From Takakia lepidozioides (taxonomy: Eukaryota > Plantae > Bryophyta), in contig CM060733.1 in assembly GCA_030704615.1 (NCBI GenBank), positions 51,212,001 to 51,276,000 of the forward strand: a stretch of DNA of 64,000 bases, written 5' to 3'. Each line of letters begins with the position of its first letter. Position 1 is the stretch's first letter. This document shows, one piece after another, positions 11,988 through 25,700 of this stretch. Both the position numbers and the translations under genes were made by a program. The notes under the pieces were generated by a model. It made no database searches, had not been told where the DNA came from, and saw only the letters and a program-made list of their open reading frames with translations.

Positions 11988-13277
11988 TCACAAGGCTTGG
12001 CTACCAAAATCATTGTTGAATTGCGTGTACCGTGCTTCTTGCAGATGCGCAGAAGGCCGGGTTGTCTTCAAGGCCACCATCAAATCGTCGTGTGTGACTG
12101 GCCCCATCTCTGGCAACTCTTCTTCCGAATTCTCATCTCTTGTTTCAAGAATAGCCATGACGCGCCTCAGAGGCCTCATGGCTGCCTCTTTGCACACAAT
12201 GCGAATGTCCGATCCGGAGTATCCTTCGGTGCCTTCCACCATTGCAGCATATGGCAGTTCAACTCCTCTTTGGGGGAGCAATTCTTGAAACATTGCACAT
12301 CGAGCTTCTGGCTCCGGTAAAGGGACTAGAATGCGCTTCTCAAGCCGGCGCAGCATGGCGCCGTCAAGCTGCCATGGTAAATTCGTAGCTGCCAGCACAA
12401 AGACAAGCTCGTTACTTCGCGTCAACCCATCCATCTGCACAAGGAGCTCCGTCTTGAGACGACGACTGGCCTCATGTTCGCTATGCCCTTCTCCTCGCTG
12501 ACTGATGAGAGCGTCAATCTCATCCAAAAAGATTGTGGAGGGAGCGCGATGCCTCGCTAGCTCAAATAACACTCTCACCAGCTTCTCAGAATCGCCACGC
12601 CATTTACTGACAATAGAAGATGCAGAGATGTTAAAGAAAGTGGTTTTGCATTCGGTCGCTACCGCCTTTGCCAACATGGTCTTGCCAGTTCCTGGTGGTC
12701 CAAAAAGCAAGATTCCCTTCCATGGTGACAGCAAGCCAGTGAAGTACTGTGGATACTTGATGGGCATCACCACGGCCTCCTTGAGAAGACGTTTCGCGTT
12801 CTCTAAGCCTTTAATACTACCCCATTGCACCTCTAGATTTCCTCGAACGATATCTCGCGTTACGCTCTCTGCCAACTCCCGCATCTCAACTGTCGTGAAA
12901 TCTGGAAGTGGCTTCATCGCCAACGGATCTGCTCGTGCTGCACCATTTTCTGCTGCCACTCCATTGCCCTGATTCAAAAACTTCTCATACGGAGCCATTC
13001 CCCGAGTGCTTGGTTTGCTGCCATGACCGCCATTACCCACACCCCCGTTCGTGTCAGACCTCGCCTTGGGACACATCCCGCTGTGACCCATACCTCTCCT
13101 CCCAGAAATCACAGTGAGAGACTCTGAATCTGAATCGTCCTTGGCACTCGTAAGATCGATGCTGCCAGCATTCAAGAGCTTCCTCCCAAACTTGGCATCA
13201 TAAGCTTGCTTGAAATCCTCAAAGAACCACCGTGTTTCTGCAGGCTTGCTGTCCAGCCAACTATTGCCATTGGACAT
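11988..13277 (-). CDS. KATNAL2: Katanin p60 ATPase-containing subunit A-like 2 (plant CCP1-type meiotic-clade AAA ATPase); coding region intronless
   Basis: Single 429-aa ORF. Walker A GPPGTGKT, pore loop [12 protein letters not shown], Walker B IFLDEID, SRH AATNLPW...RRLEKR. N-terminal [19 protein letters not shown] motif typical of the plant KATNAL2/CCP1 group. Confidence 0.92.
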   Translation of the reverse strand: MSNGNSWLDSKPAETRWFFEDFKQAYDAKFGRKLLNAGSIDLTSAKDDSDSESLTVISGRRGMGHSGMCPKARSDTNGGVGNGGHGSKPSTRGMAPYEKFLNQGNGVAAENGAARADPLAMKPLPDFTTVEMRELAESVTRDIVRGNLEVQWGSIKGLENAKRLLKEAVVMPIKYPQYFTGLLSPWKGILLFGPPGTGKTMLAKAVATECKTTFFNISASSIVSKWRGDSEKLVRVLFELARHRAPSTIFLDEIDALISQRGEGHSEHEASRRLKTELLVQMDGLTRSNELVFVLAATNLPWQLDGAMLRRLEKRILVPLPEPEARCAMFQELLPQRGVELPYAAMVEGTEGYSGSDIRIVCKEAAMRPLRRVMAILETRDENSEEELPEMGPVTHDDLMVALKTTRPSAHLQEARYTQFNNDFGSQAL

Positions 13278-13785
13278 GCTGCGATAGCAGCCAGCCCTAA
13301 GACCTTCACGGGACTAAATCGACAACCCACCTCCTCTTTTCCCAAAAACTACAGTGGGTCCAACCCGATGTGGACGTCCACAGGGCCAGCCCCAGGCCAG
13401 CAGCTCCTTCTGCCAGGAATCTCTCTATACAAGTGTGCTCCTTCACTGAAACTTTACCGATCTTCCTCTCTGAAGTGTTCCACCAGCACGTTCAGTCCTC
13501 TCTCTGTCTCTCTGATGTTGTAAAGCTCAGTTTTATCTCTTTTTAAACTTCATATGACATGTAAGTATGGGGTCTTCGCTGAACCCCACTCTCTTGCTCA
13601 ATACATCTCTGGGGTGCATCCACCATCACCGAGATGGAGAGAGCAAGTGCAAACTCACAGAAGCTACAAGGCATCACACCACCACAGGCCCAATGGTTGC
13701 TGTTTGGCAAAGCAGTGACTGGCAAGTAGGTATCATAACAGATTGCATATGTTTCTTTATTTTTCAAAAAGAAACTAGTGGTGCA

Positions 13786-13975
13786 GGCCCCCAATGGGTA
13801 GCTCAGTTGGACAGAGTACTGAGTGCCACAGAGGTGACTCTAGGTTCAAATCCTTCTGCCTTGGTGTTGTAGATTGGTATAATAATCTTCTCCCCCTTCC
13901 CTTGGGCGGTTGTCTGTGCCAGGTTAGTTAAAAATTGGACTATGTGGACACCTTTATTGGCTCTGTCCCTTAAGG
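13786..13975 (+). mobile_element. tRNA-derived SINE
   Basis: A-box TAGCTCAGTTGG and B-box GGTTCAAATCC, but no cloverleaf or acceptor stem. Body homologous to 34605-35047 (AGTGCCAC, CCTTGGGC, TGGACACCTTT). Confidence 0.65.
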
Positions 13976-14020
13976 GAAAGAGACTTTGCATCGTGTTGAA
14001 GTCAATGGAGAAAATATGGT

Positions 14021-14105
14021 CAACTAACCTTACACCATGTCAAGACTGTTATTGGTCTAAATGATCAACTAACTTTACACTGTGTCAAGACTGCGATTGG
14101 CCTAA
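14021..14105. repeat. Tandem duplication, ~46-bp unit x2
   Basis: AACTAAC(C/T)TTACAC..TGTCAAGACTG..ATTGG(T/C)CTAA occurs twice. Confidence 0.75.
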
Positions 14106-14800
14106 GGAAATCTTAAATCTTGATAATATGCCAAAAAAATTATTAGTTGAAAAGCTTTTTCAAGTGTAAGCTAAATATATACTATGTCAGTCGTATTCCC
14201 ATTTTTATTTCAACACAAAAATCATCCCCTTTCATTTAATCTCCCCTCTCTTTTGCTCCACTGGACAGAGCCTCTCGCGGTATACAGCTTGTTATGACAT
14301 CCAACATGTGGTTTGAACGTTTGGAACCCACTGAAGCAGTTGATTGGTATGCCCTTACTACCTACTGGGCTAAATGTTGGTTGTCTCCTCTCACTGGGCC
14401 CGATCTGTGAGGGGTGTTTCCTTCCAAAAGAAAAAGGGAGCGGAGGCAGATTTAGCTTCTGATTAATGCAGAGCCGGAAGTGGCAATGAGGCAACATGAG
14501 TGAGTCCTGGAATGGGAAAACTCAGTTGTCTGTTTGCTTCTGCAAACGTACCACTTTTGCAGTATTGAGCGGAGTGTGATGCAGAGCTGGGCTCTGGAGG
14601 AGCGTGTGATGCCATCCGACCAAGGCCAGGCCTCGTTGAGATCGTCGAAACCAGGGTCCACCAAACGTCCATGCACACACTTTGGCATCAACGTGGAAAT
14701 ACATTCTGAATAAATAAATAATGCAGCCTTGTACAATTGAACATAAATGAGAGGATAGAAAATGTGTTAAATAGCTAAATCAATGACGACTCATGCATCC

Positions 14801-14872
14801 GGAGGTATAGCTCAGTGGTAGAGCAATCGGCTGCAGTCCGATAGGTCACCGGTTCAACCCCGGTTGCCTCCT
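14801..14872 (+). tRNA. trnC-GCA: tRNA-Cys (anticodon GCA)
   Basis: Full cloverleaf: acceptor GGAGGTA/TGCCTCC, D arm GCTC/GAGC, anticodon stem ATCGG/CCGAT with loop CT-GCA-GT, T arm ACCGG-TTCAACC-CCGGT, discriminator T. T-runs ~45 nt downstream. Confidence 0.93.
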
Positions 14873-16745
14873 TCTCCTCTTGACCGATTGAGTGGGTCCA
14901 CTGGAGGAAAATACTTTTCTCATTTTTTGCAGATGGGTTTGTGTTTTAACATTAGTAGCCCAGAAGCTCGCCAGGAGCCTGAGTATAATTTAGACTTGTC
15001 CAGTCCTGGAGTCCTGTTTTGGTTGCCGGCATAGTACATAATCACATGTCCTATTGCCCCATTCTCTGCTCTGCTCCTTCTTTTGCAGCAAGGGCGACAA
15101 TCAATATTCCAGAGCTTAGCAGTGTTCTACACTTTTCCATCTCTTGCAGGCTGCAGGTAAGACCTTTCTTTGACAAAGGATTTAGGATCCAAGAGAAAAA
15201 CCTTCTCCCTTTTATCTTGCTGGTTGCCACTAAGTCCTTGGTAACACCACTTGCGAATTGACTAATCCTGGTATTCTGTTGGGAATTTTTAGCCTAGAAC
15301 AGAATGGGAAAATGGGTCAGGATTTTCCTAAGCTTAAGCCTAAAGCAGCTGCCCCATAGAGTCAGAGGAGTGGCCGACCTAAGTGGTTACAATCTTGTGG
15401 TACTTAAAAGGAATTGCAAGAACTGTAAGCATCCACATGTTGACGGACTGGAAATTTTGATGAAAGGATGGAAGAGAGCCTGTATTTGGCTAAACCAGTG
15501 ATTGGGGACAACTTATAGCATCTAAATTTCAGTCAAAGCCAGTTGACAGGAGCCTTTTGTGATTAGGCATAGGGAGGCTCTTTTTCCAACCAACAATAAC
15601 CTCTGAGTTAACAAGCCTGATATCAGTCTCAAATTACAGGATACAAAATGCACATAATGACCATATGAGTACCTTTAGATTGGTGAAAGGAACTGCCAGA
15701 CGCATTACTGACACGAGGACTTTGTATTTCCAATTAGCTAGCCACAAATACCACACAATACTCCATGGAAGATTTGAGTCAGACCTTTCGAAACAAGGAT
15801 TTCAGAAACCACGCGGAGTCTCTTGGTAAGAGGAGCAGCAACCATGTCAAAAGACAATATAAAGGTCATTGAAGACATAAACCATCATATCTTGTCATTC
15901 AATCTGTCAATTAACCACACTACCGTGACATAATCATGTAATCAAGTAATCTCGCTGCAGTATAACAACGCCAACATGGCCTGTGGTGTGGCGGTTACTA
16001 CCAGAAAAGGTAGCGGTGACCCCAAAATAGAGCTCACAAGGGCTTCCAAGTGGCCCCCAACACTTCATTCACTATACAAAACAGAGAAACTGAAGATGCC
16101 TGCCAAAACCAGCCAGGTCTTCCCCCCCAATGACTACCTACTGCCCTCTTCGGAGGGCTTAACCCGGACTGGAGGAGGTGCCTACTACACCACACATGAG
16201 CATTATAAAAGTGGGGAGGCAGGCGGAGGATGTCTTGCTCAATCAATGTAACAGTTTTTGAATCACACTCCAAGCAATCTCATAGATATCGACCAGGTAG
16301 CTTAGCTGTGTTGAAAAAGCCCAACACAGTGAAATGGTGCACAGTTCTGACCACGCACACTAATAGGCATCCTACTGGTTATAGGATATCCAAGACTATC
16401 TCTCCCCACATTACTGAAGGTACAGCAAGTAGGCAAGCAGCTGAGACAGGGAGCATCGCAGTTCCCGCACTGAAGAAACCTTGCAGGTTTCAGTAAGAGC
16501 TTCCACAAACCCGTCCAGGCACTTGTCGGAGGGTGGGGGGGTGGATAGAATTAGATCTTGGGCTTTTTCCAGGTATCTGGATCGTGATGAAAGTAGATCA
16601 AGAACACAATCACCGTTTCTTCAGTATAGCAAGCCCATCACAGGCATGACAGTGGAACTGCAGCTATACGCCTGGACTTGACATATTACTTCAGCAGAGT
16701 TTTCATCTGTCCTTAGAAATTGAAGTAAAGAGATTCCTATCCCAG

Positions 16746-19700
16746 TCACTCCTCATCACTGTACTTGGGCGAGTAGACCTGCAAGTCTTCAGCCTCCTCC
16801 AATTCTTCCTCCTCTTCTGAGTTTATGTCACCTGCTTCTTCTCCTTCTTCGTCCTCTCTGTCAGGGCTAGCAAAGCGACTCGACTGCATTCTCACACCTC
16901 CATAGTCAGGGTCATCCCTGTCAAAGCTGTCATCATCATCCTGGCCTTCATCTTCTTCCTCCTCACCCTCTGCCTGTTCCTCTTCTTCCTCTTCCTCTCC
17001 CTCAACCATCTCTGATCCATTCTCTTCGTCCCCTTCGTCATCATCAATCTCTTGGTTGTCAACATCATACTGGTCTCCATCCTCATAGCCTTCTTCAGGT
17101 GCCTCCCATTCACCTCCAGCTTGTGAGCCACCTCCATTGCTCTCTTCTTCTTCTTCCTCATCTTCTCCTTGTTCCTGCTCAACCAAACCAGCATCTGCAA
17201 CTAGCTTCATCTTCTTGGTAAGCTTCCTGGCAGACGGCACTGTCAACTCGTTTGGATTCCTTTGTTTCTGCCTTTCAGGTCTCTGCGTGCCAGTCTGACT
17301 ACGACGGCCACTCGTGCGTGCACCTGCGCGACTCCGCCCACGCTTGGTTGACCTTCCACGAGCACGGCTGGCACCCCTTGCACTCCGTCCTTTCCCAGCA
17401 CCGCCCCAAACTTGCTTTGCATCACCTGTAGTGGCCTCCACTGAACCATCTTGAAATTGCAACTTCCGTTTTGAGCCTCTTCCAAGCCCACTATTTCTAG
17501 CTTTCGACTTTGATCCACCTACTACAGTAATGCTTCTGCGTCGACCCCCTCCTTGTCCTCCTCGTCCTCCACGTCCCCTCCCTCCCTGTGTGCGGGACCG
17601 GCCCCGCCCCCTTCCACTGGCACTTGTGTCCAGCATGTCTCCAGGCCGATCCTCTTCAGGATCGCATGGCAGTCCCTCTGGCGTGAATCTGAATGTTGAA
17701 GACAAACCTATCTTTGTCTGCAGAGCCTGTTGTTGATTGAGCAAACAAATGCAAGAGTTAAACAGCCAGCTTAACCTTCCATGCAAAATACTTCCCGCTA
17801 TATCTGTCATCAGGCCAACACCATTGAGAGTCTCCTATTTTGCTGGACGATCGTCAAGTACAGACAATATAAACACGCAAACTTACAGCAAAAGACACCA
17901 CAACAAGATCAACACAATGCAGCAGTGGTTACCGGAGATTTACATTCATTTGGTTGTTTTCATCATCTTTCTCCTGTTTCTCGCGGCGCTGTTTGTCTTC
18001 CTTGTTATACGCCAGAGCACCATCCAACAAACTTGCTCGCAATGCCACAGCTGCTGTGGTTGGTGGCACCCAGTGGGGCACTAGGGCCTGGCCTGTTCCT
18101 TGGTTCTCTGAGAAGCTGCCAGCCACTGTGCCCAAACTCTCCAAAAGCTCTTCTGTTGTCTCATAAGTTGAAGCCAACCAGTCTCGCTCAATCATGCTTT
18201 CAAGTGCTGTAAGTGCCTGAGAGACCCACAAACCAGGGGTTGTCAACATTCAGTAATATCCTTAAGGAATGCTAAAGTACCATGAAATAGTTCCACAAGT
18301 TTCACCAAAAAAGGTGATATTCCAAAAAAGAAAGGAGGCCTTACAACACTTCCATTGAAAAGAAAACAAATCCATGGTGCTAGCTCTCCAGTTTACAAGG
18401 GGATAGAAGCACAAAATTGGCTGAAAACAGTTTCATATGCCCCCTGGTATTCATGTACTGACCTCTTTATTGGGGATAACAAAGAGAAGAATCAAGTACC
18501 TGGAGAACCTCACTAGGCCCAGAAGCAGATTTCAAAGCAGCAGCCCAGCTTCTGCATTGTTGCTCGGTCCATTTCACCTTCAGTGCCTCAGCAGGGATAG
18601 CCAGCTGCATACCACATAGCACTACTTAAAAGGTATACAGGATTGCAAAATACAGTCCTTCATTGACTCTTTCGGCTGCAATCAGAAGAGAGTTCCTATA
18701 GATAATTCAGCATAGGCCTTTGTGGGAACTGCGTTGAGATAACAAAACCAGCATGTATATCTGTACGACAGCTTCAATACCAAACCTCATGTCATATAGT
18801 GATGTGTCAAAAGCACCCACAACCTCTGAACAGAAAAAAACCAAGTTGCTGGTCGACCCACCTCCATTGCCAAAAGATAAGCTTTCAACAGCTGCAGCCT
18901 GGATGGCATAGCAGCACTGAGCACCCAGGACTTCCAGCTTGGATCACCCCTCTGAAATTTGTCCTCACATTCCCGAGTGTGCTCCAAAAACTTGCTGTGA
19001 GGTTTTTGGGAATCAAAGGTCGCATGACAACAATAGCAGTGCTTGTCCTTAGGCCAGTACAACTCGTGGCACACATCACATAACAACAAAAGATTGGTGT
19101 CCCTCTTGTTCCCTGACTTCGCAGCTCGTAGGGCAGAGCCACCCGTAAAGCACTCGGTCCAAAGCCATCTCTCCATTTCCCTGTACCGCTCTAGCGCCCG
19201 CCTCTTTTCACTGCCAGTTCTTCCCAGCTCAACAGGTAGAGCCCCAAATATTTCTGGTGTATCAAATCCTGGGCCTATAACACTGCTCGCCGGACTCCCC
19301 TCCAATGCTGCATCCCATAGTTCAAGACACATTCAGTTACGGCCTACAAATTTGTATGAATGGTCATGTATGAATCAAAAGTACCTTCTGAATTATGGTG
19401 AGCACACCAACCTCTATTGCTTACATAAAGCAGGAATTATGCAGCACATAAATTCCCTTTCCGCTCACTCTCTCTGGAGCCCACTAGCAGACAGTCAGAG
19501 GCCATTTCCATCAGGTAATATTGATACCTCTCAAGGAAAGCCCTCTCTCCAAAGATTGGATGTCCAAAGAGTGTGCTTCTGTGTTTGTAAGCCTTAGCAG
19601 CTGTTGTCCACCACCTGATACCTTCTTGCTCATCACCTGCCGCAGAGTGCCTTCTAGCCTGTGAAGGACAGCATAGAGAGCTGCCTCTCTGGCCCCCCTT

Positions 19701-22700
19701 GTGTCCAATGACACCATCAATGCATCTAAGGCCTGCCGGTTACACATAATTTGCACTTAGTTATGGTCAGGACTGCAGCACTGATGAAGAAATCCAGGAT
19801 ATAAAGAGCCGGCAACACAAGGACATGGTGAGCACAATATCACACAGCTGTGGGGGTAAGAGAGAAAGAGAGAGCATATAGCAAAGAGGCCAAGCAAATA
19901 CTTGAAACATTACCTCTTCAGTATCAATAACCTCCCAATGTCCATCATAATATGATTCAAAAAAGACTCGCCCAGCCCCTGGATCCTGCCCACCATTACC
20001 AGTCACAAACTGCCAATAGCGATTGTGCCTTCTGTCACAGCCCAGGGGGAGTGATCGAAACACATAAAGTTCCTCAGCCCGAAGCCCAATGTTTGCCTTT
20101 GCTTGTGCACGTGATTTCTCAGTTAAGTGACCGCCAATCACTGGGGCTAGAGCAAAATTTGCATCTTGAACCAATAGCCCGTTTGGCATCTCCGGAATAT
20201 TTTTTTCATTCCCTGCTGAAGAATCTACCAGTGGACTAGCTTGGTTCTGCGCATCAATCAAACCTTCCCGCTTTGGTTCCACACAGGACAACCCGCCCAC
20301 CACCATGTCTGCTGGAAACTCAGGGCTCTCTCCATCAGGCTTCGGAGCACCAGCAAGAAAATTTGATCTCGAAAGTTGCTCTTCTTTGTAGCGGCGCTTT
20401 TCCAGCTGCATTTCTGCCCACATTTGGCGCTTCAGTGCTGTTGCTGCTTCCAACCGCTCCTGCAGTACAGGGAGGACATAATCTGAGGAATAGAAGATCA
20501 TGATGAGCATAATAGAGGAGCACAAATAGTCAACCAAGACAATCACATGAACACAACGGAACAACAGGCCAAGATATCAAAAAGGAAATCAAAGCCGGAA
20601 AAATAGCAGATCTCTCTGTTTAACTGTTAAATCGTTCAATCATATCTACAGTGATGAGACATGCAGATTGATCTGAATGGTCCCTTTCCCATATACATCC
20701 AAGCAATCCTCACCTCAAGAGCAACACGAATAGCGTTGCCTTGGTTGACAGTCGTGACAAGTGCCACCAGTGCATTCAGGCGTTCTTCCACACTTAAGTC
20801 TGCATACTCTCCTTCCATGAGCCCTTGCACCCATAGCTCTCCAACCTGTCAAACAGCAGTTTGCAGCACAAAAAGCAATCATGAACAATGCCAGTATATC
20901 ACAACCAACCTCCTTGCCTACTGATTCTTGTTTGCAATAGAGCAAGCAACACAAAGTCAGTCAGGCCATCTCTTGGTGCAGTGTTGAATTCCCTCAAATT
21001 TAGAGAGCAGCATGTGTGAGGAGTTCAAATGAAGACATCCTAGCCTCTGAGGTAAAATTCTGCTCACCTGGCTCTCATCAATCTCAGTCTCCTCCTCAGG
21101 GTGCACCCCTGGCTTCTGGCACCCCTCAAATTGCAGCCCCTCCTCCCTCCCTTCTGCCTCCTCTTGCTTTAGCATGTCATGTGCTCCTTCGATCATTACT
21201 CTTCCACTATCATCTGCGTCTGGGGACTCAGAACCTCTTATCCCTCTGTCTTGTGTCACCAGAGGTTTACCTTTATCTGGACTTCCCACAGCCTCAACAG
21301 CATTGCTTTCTTCAATCTGAAAATTCTTCCCAGAGCTCACAGGCACCTCCACTTCCTCCACGTCCTGGCCATAGTACATGAAATACAAACCCCACAAACA
21401 ACCATGCTTATAAAGCTGACTAAACAATGCCACTACTGCCCCGTTCCACACCATTGCCCTCTCAAGCTAAACAGGATGTCATAAAGAAACGTGAGAAAGG
21501 AAAAAAATCTCCCTTATCTACACATCATGAATAGTGGACATTAAAATCTTCCACAGACAATCATACACTTTGGCCCTCCAAGAGCAATAACCTGCACAAC
21601 TGTCGTGTCAATGACATAGTGTTTGAGAAAGAGTGCCATAAACTTACACAATTGAATTATCCATTTTCTTTTCCCTCTGTCTGCACTCACCTCTACATCT
21701 TCACCATCCTGGCCTTCAGATTCGTACTCGTCTCTCTCTGCATCATCAACTTCCTTCTCGACTTCTTCTCCATCTAGTAACCCACTTCGAAAAAGCCGGA
21801 TTTTCTCCCGTGCAGCATGCAGGACTTCAGCAGCATCTTCCAGGTCCTTGCGGAATGCTGGTCGCACACAGTAGGTTGAGGGCGCAACTCTCTCAAAAAG
21901 GTTGGTGTCACGGGATAAGGCTGCTGCAATTGATGCTTCTGGAGTCCTACTAGTACTGAGATCCCGCAATCCTGTGCTCTGTTGAACCAGCCACAACATA
22001 AGATGATTAAAATAACTGTCAGAGTTATCAAAAAGCAACGAAAACAAAATCTGAGACAAAGTCAAGACATGTACAATAATAGAATCATCAACAGAGCATC
22101 CTTCAATCCAAACTTATGGCACTCTGCGTGTAATCTCTCACCAGCGTACAGATGTATGGAGTTACAGGTCCTGTCAACAAATCATAAGCAACGAATACCT
22201 GAATTCGATCAGCCACGTCGAGAATGTTCAGGCCTTTGGCCCCTTCCAAGGTCAGCACATGAAAAGCAGCATACTTGACGGTGCCTGGTGTGAGACGATA
22301 CTGAGACCCCCGGCGTAGATGACCAAACCCTTTCCCTTGCATTAACACCACTGCATTGACTGCTGCTGCTCCTGACCGAAGAATGGAAACAGCATCTTCA
22401 CGTTCCTCCCTCTGCTCACGAAACCAAATACTGACATTATTAAAGTAAGAGAAACAAACTCAAGCCCAACCGTTGGCTTGTAAAGAACCTCAAAGATACG
22501 ACTGATCAGAATTAAACCAAAATCGCCAGTAGATTAAGTTCACAAACAGAGAACATCAGTGCCTGTGAAAATACCTCCACATCAGTTCTGGGGTGATCCC
22601 TCATAATTTTCCGCTTTTTCCACTTGGGTCCAAAACCTGCTGCTAGTGCAAACTGCCGGAAAACTTCTGGCCATGTCAAAGGATTCACATGCTTGCCCCA

Positions 22701-25700
22701 CTCTCGTACATCAAAGCCCCATCCGTAAGCCTGGCATATTGCAAGGAAAAATTGTTGAATGTGTTCAATGATGTGGTACGTTACAGTACAACAGTTACTA
22801 TTTGAGACAAGACTCGAGAGTAATAACTGCAGGAGGGTCCAATCTGTACAGATTGTTCTAGGCAAATCAGCTTAACACTATTACAGTATCAGCGGAAGTA
22901 TAGGTCCATCATCAGATGTGCAGAAACTGAAAGAACGTGTTGCAATATACATACGACAGATGGGAGGCCCAAGGGTCATGTTTTCACAAGTAAATCCCTC
23001 TTCTAACATCTAGTCCAAGTGCAAACCTGCAGTCAACTCACCTGTGCATGATTAGTGGTGAAAAGTGTAACACATACCCCTGCCAAGTCCATATGTGAAG
23101 AACTCAATCAAACTTTCAATAAAAGGATCCAAACTTCCTACTTACAGCTTCAACAAGCTGCGGGTGTCCTCCTGACGCTATGGCTATGGCATCCCTGCTG
23201 CCTGCTGTCCCAAAAGCAACCGCCTGGGCAGCATCCTCAATATCCTTCACCATTATCTTCAGAAGTGCCACATGTATCTCACTCAACAACCTCGGATCCT
23301 ACAAAAATAGCACCATGACAAAACCAACACACCCCTTATTCGAGGAACCAAAAACTGGTTTTCTGCACTTTGAGCATATAGTGTCAGTTTAGTGGCACAA
23401 TCCTCATTCAACCTATTCCTAGGGCTGTACCTTGAGAATATGTTCAAAAACTAAAACTTTCCATCACTTCAGGAGAATACAACTGAAGTTGAAAGCTAGA
23501 GGTTGTCATGTGGAGACGTTAATACACCACACCAACAAAGAATTCTGGAAACTGGAATCTCACTATTCCATACAGTAAGTTCTCAACAGCGCTGGTGAAA
23601 AGACAGCATTTTGAGCCCATAAGATGAAATCCAGCCACTTGTTAGTGGAATACCCAAAGTCGCATAATTTTTAGGCAACAAGATTTCCTTTTGAGGGCAG
23701 CACACATACATAATCATGAAATGCCTGTACAAGTTCATCGAGTGTGAATGGCCACAGGCCAACGACATCTGCAAAGGTTGTCAGGAACCTCCACACCTGC
23801 CGCCCAATGGCCCCAACAGGTTAAAAGTGACTCTAATCCCTAAAGACAGACAAAAAGGACTTAGGTTTATTTATGCCAGTGGATGGTGACACAAAAAAGG
23901 CCTGTAAGACTTCACCCGGGTCCCAGGATGTAAGAATTTTCAACACAGCAGACAAAGCTGAAAGTGAGAAGACAAATGCAGATGGAAGACGAAAGGACGG
24001 ATACAGGCCACAGTGAAAACCCGGAAGGTATTCTTCCCCTGACACAACATGGAGATGAATGACCTCAATTCCCAACAATTATCATGTCCTAGCTCAAAAT
24101 CAAAAATATAGTAGAATGGAAGGTTACATTTTTCTTACCATCGCCAAGTTTCCCACATTCTGATCAGAGTCTGTCCATGGGGGGACAGAGAGAGGAGCCT
24201 TCATCCGCACAGAAGCCGGTGGGAAGGATTTCAGCATGACTGCACTCACAAAGGAGAGGGTTAAGGTCTTTGCTCTATGCACACACCAAATCTGAATAAA
24301 AACAAGTCAGTCCTCTCTATTGTAGTCTTGCTCTGTGTACCCGACTGCAAATTCATACAACAGAAAAGGGCTTGCAAGGCATGCATCTGCAGACGTCCGC
24401 CATCCAAGACAAAGATGATGCAACATGCAATCGACTTTCCAACAGTCCATGTACAGACATTCATACATACAATTTGTACACCCATAGCGATATGTGTCTA
24501 TAGAAAAGTAATCCACTCTGCCACCATAGCACCACAGAATTCCGAGCGGAAAGTTGGAAATCTGGACTGGAAATTCACCCAATATAAGGACACACCTTGG
24601 GAAGCATCGAAGGTAGGCATGCCGGCGCTATCCAAGAAACCCATAGAAGAGGGACCAAGGCCTTGGGCAGATGCAGCGGCCATAGCTTCCATAAGCTCTA
24701 GCTGGTCATCGTCCATGAGATCAGTCATTTCCTTTGCTAACCTCTTTAGCATCGCCCTCTCATTTGCAGCCTTGAGTTTGGCAGCCTCTTTCTCTTTGCG
24801 TAGTTCCTCCTTGCGTCGCAGCTTTTCAATCTACAGCCAACAAGCAATGATGTCCACATTACCTAAGAATCCATATGCAGCTGACTGAAGGTAACTGCAT
24901 TGCAATGAAAATCTGAAATTCAAACCTTTTCCAAGAGATCACTATTAATAGTTCAAGTATGGAGAGGCTTAGAGATTGCTATCCACTTCCTGTCACTTAT
25001 ACTGTTAACATCTTTCATAGCATATTAAAGTGTCCCATACCTTTCCACAGAGAGTATCTTCCCCTATACAACGTGCCACTAGAAGCTTAAAGCCTTGACC
25101 CAAGCACTATAAATAGAACATAGACCTACTCGTTTGGTCTCCTTTAGAAGCAATTTCTCTTGGCGCTCAATCTCTCGCTTGTGTTCCCGCTGAATTCGTT
25201 CCTCCTCCTTGGTTCTTTCCCGAAGAACCTTTTCCTCTTCTCTCCTCCTCTCCCGATCTATCTTTTCTTGCTCCTTGCGGAGCTGTTCATCCTTCTGTAC
25301 AGGGAAGCTTATGAATTCAGGTTTCAGTGTCTCAAACTCTCATATCTCATGTTACATAATGTTCACAACAGCAACGGAGTCTAGACATGCACACCCATAC
25401 CACTGCCAAAACAGCACCAAGACTTCTGTTTGCTTGGTGAGTAAGCAGGTGTTAACCTTTCACTGCAATAATGTAACTTTGGCATCCGTAGGACATAAGT
25501 AAACCACTATTCACGCTACCTCCCAAGTAAATATCAAACTAATCTCCTTCAGTTGGCCATATAATTAGACATATAACCAAAGGAAAGCATGAAACACCTA
25601 TAGAAACCTGCAAGTCAAACCACATATTCCTACTGACCTTCCGCCGTAGAAGCTCCTGCTTTTCAAGTTCTTTTCGTATCCGTTTTTCATGGGCCTCCAA

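Noticed and set aside
12505-12972. Long antisense ORFs over real genes (e.g. 12505-12972, 19043-19597, 24277-24888, 40889-41407)
   Set aside because: They are shadow ORFs on the opposite strand of well-supported coding exons, with no domain signal.
13786-13870. Apparent tRNA gene
   Set aside because: It has A and B boxes but no acceptor or anticodon stems, and continues into a repeat body shared with 34605-35047; called a SINE.
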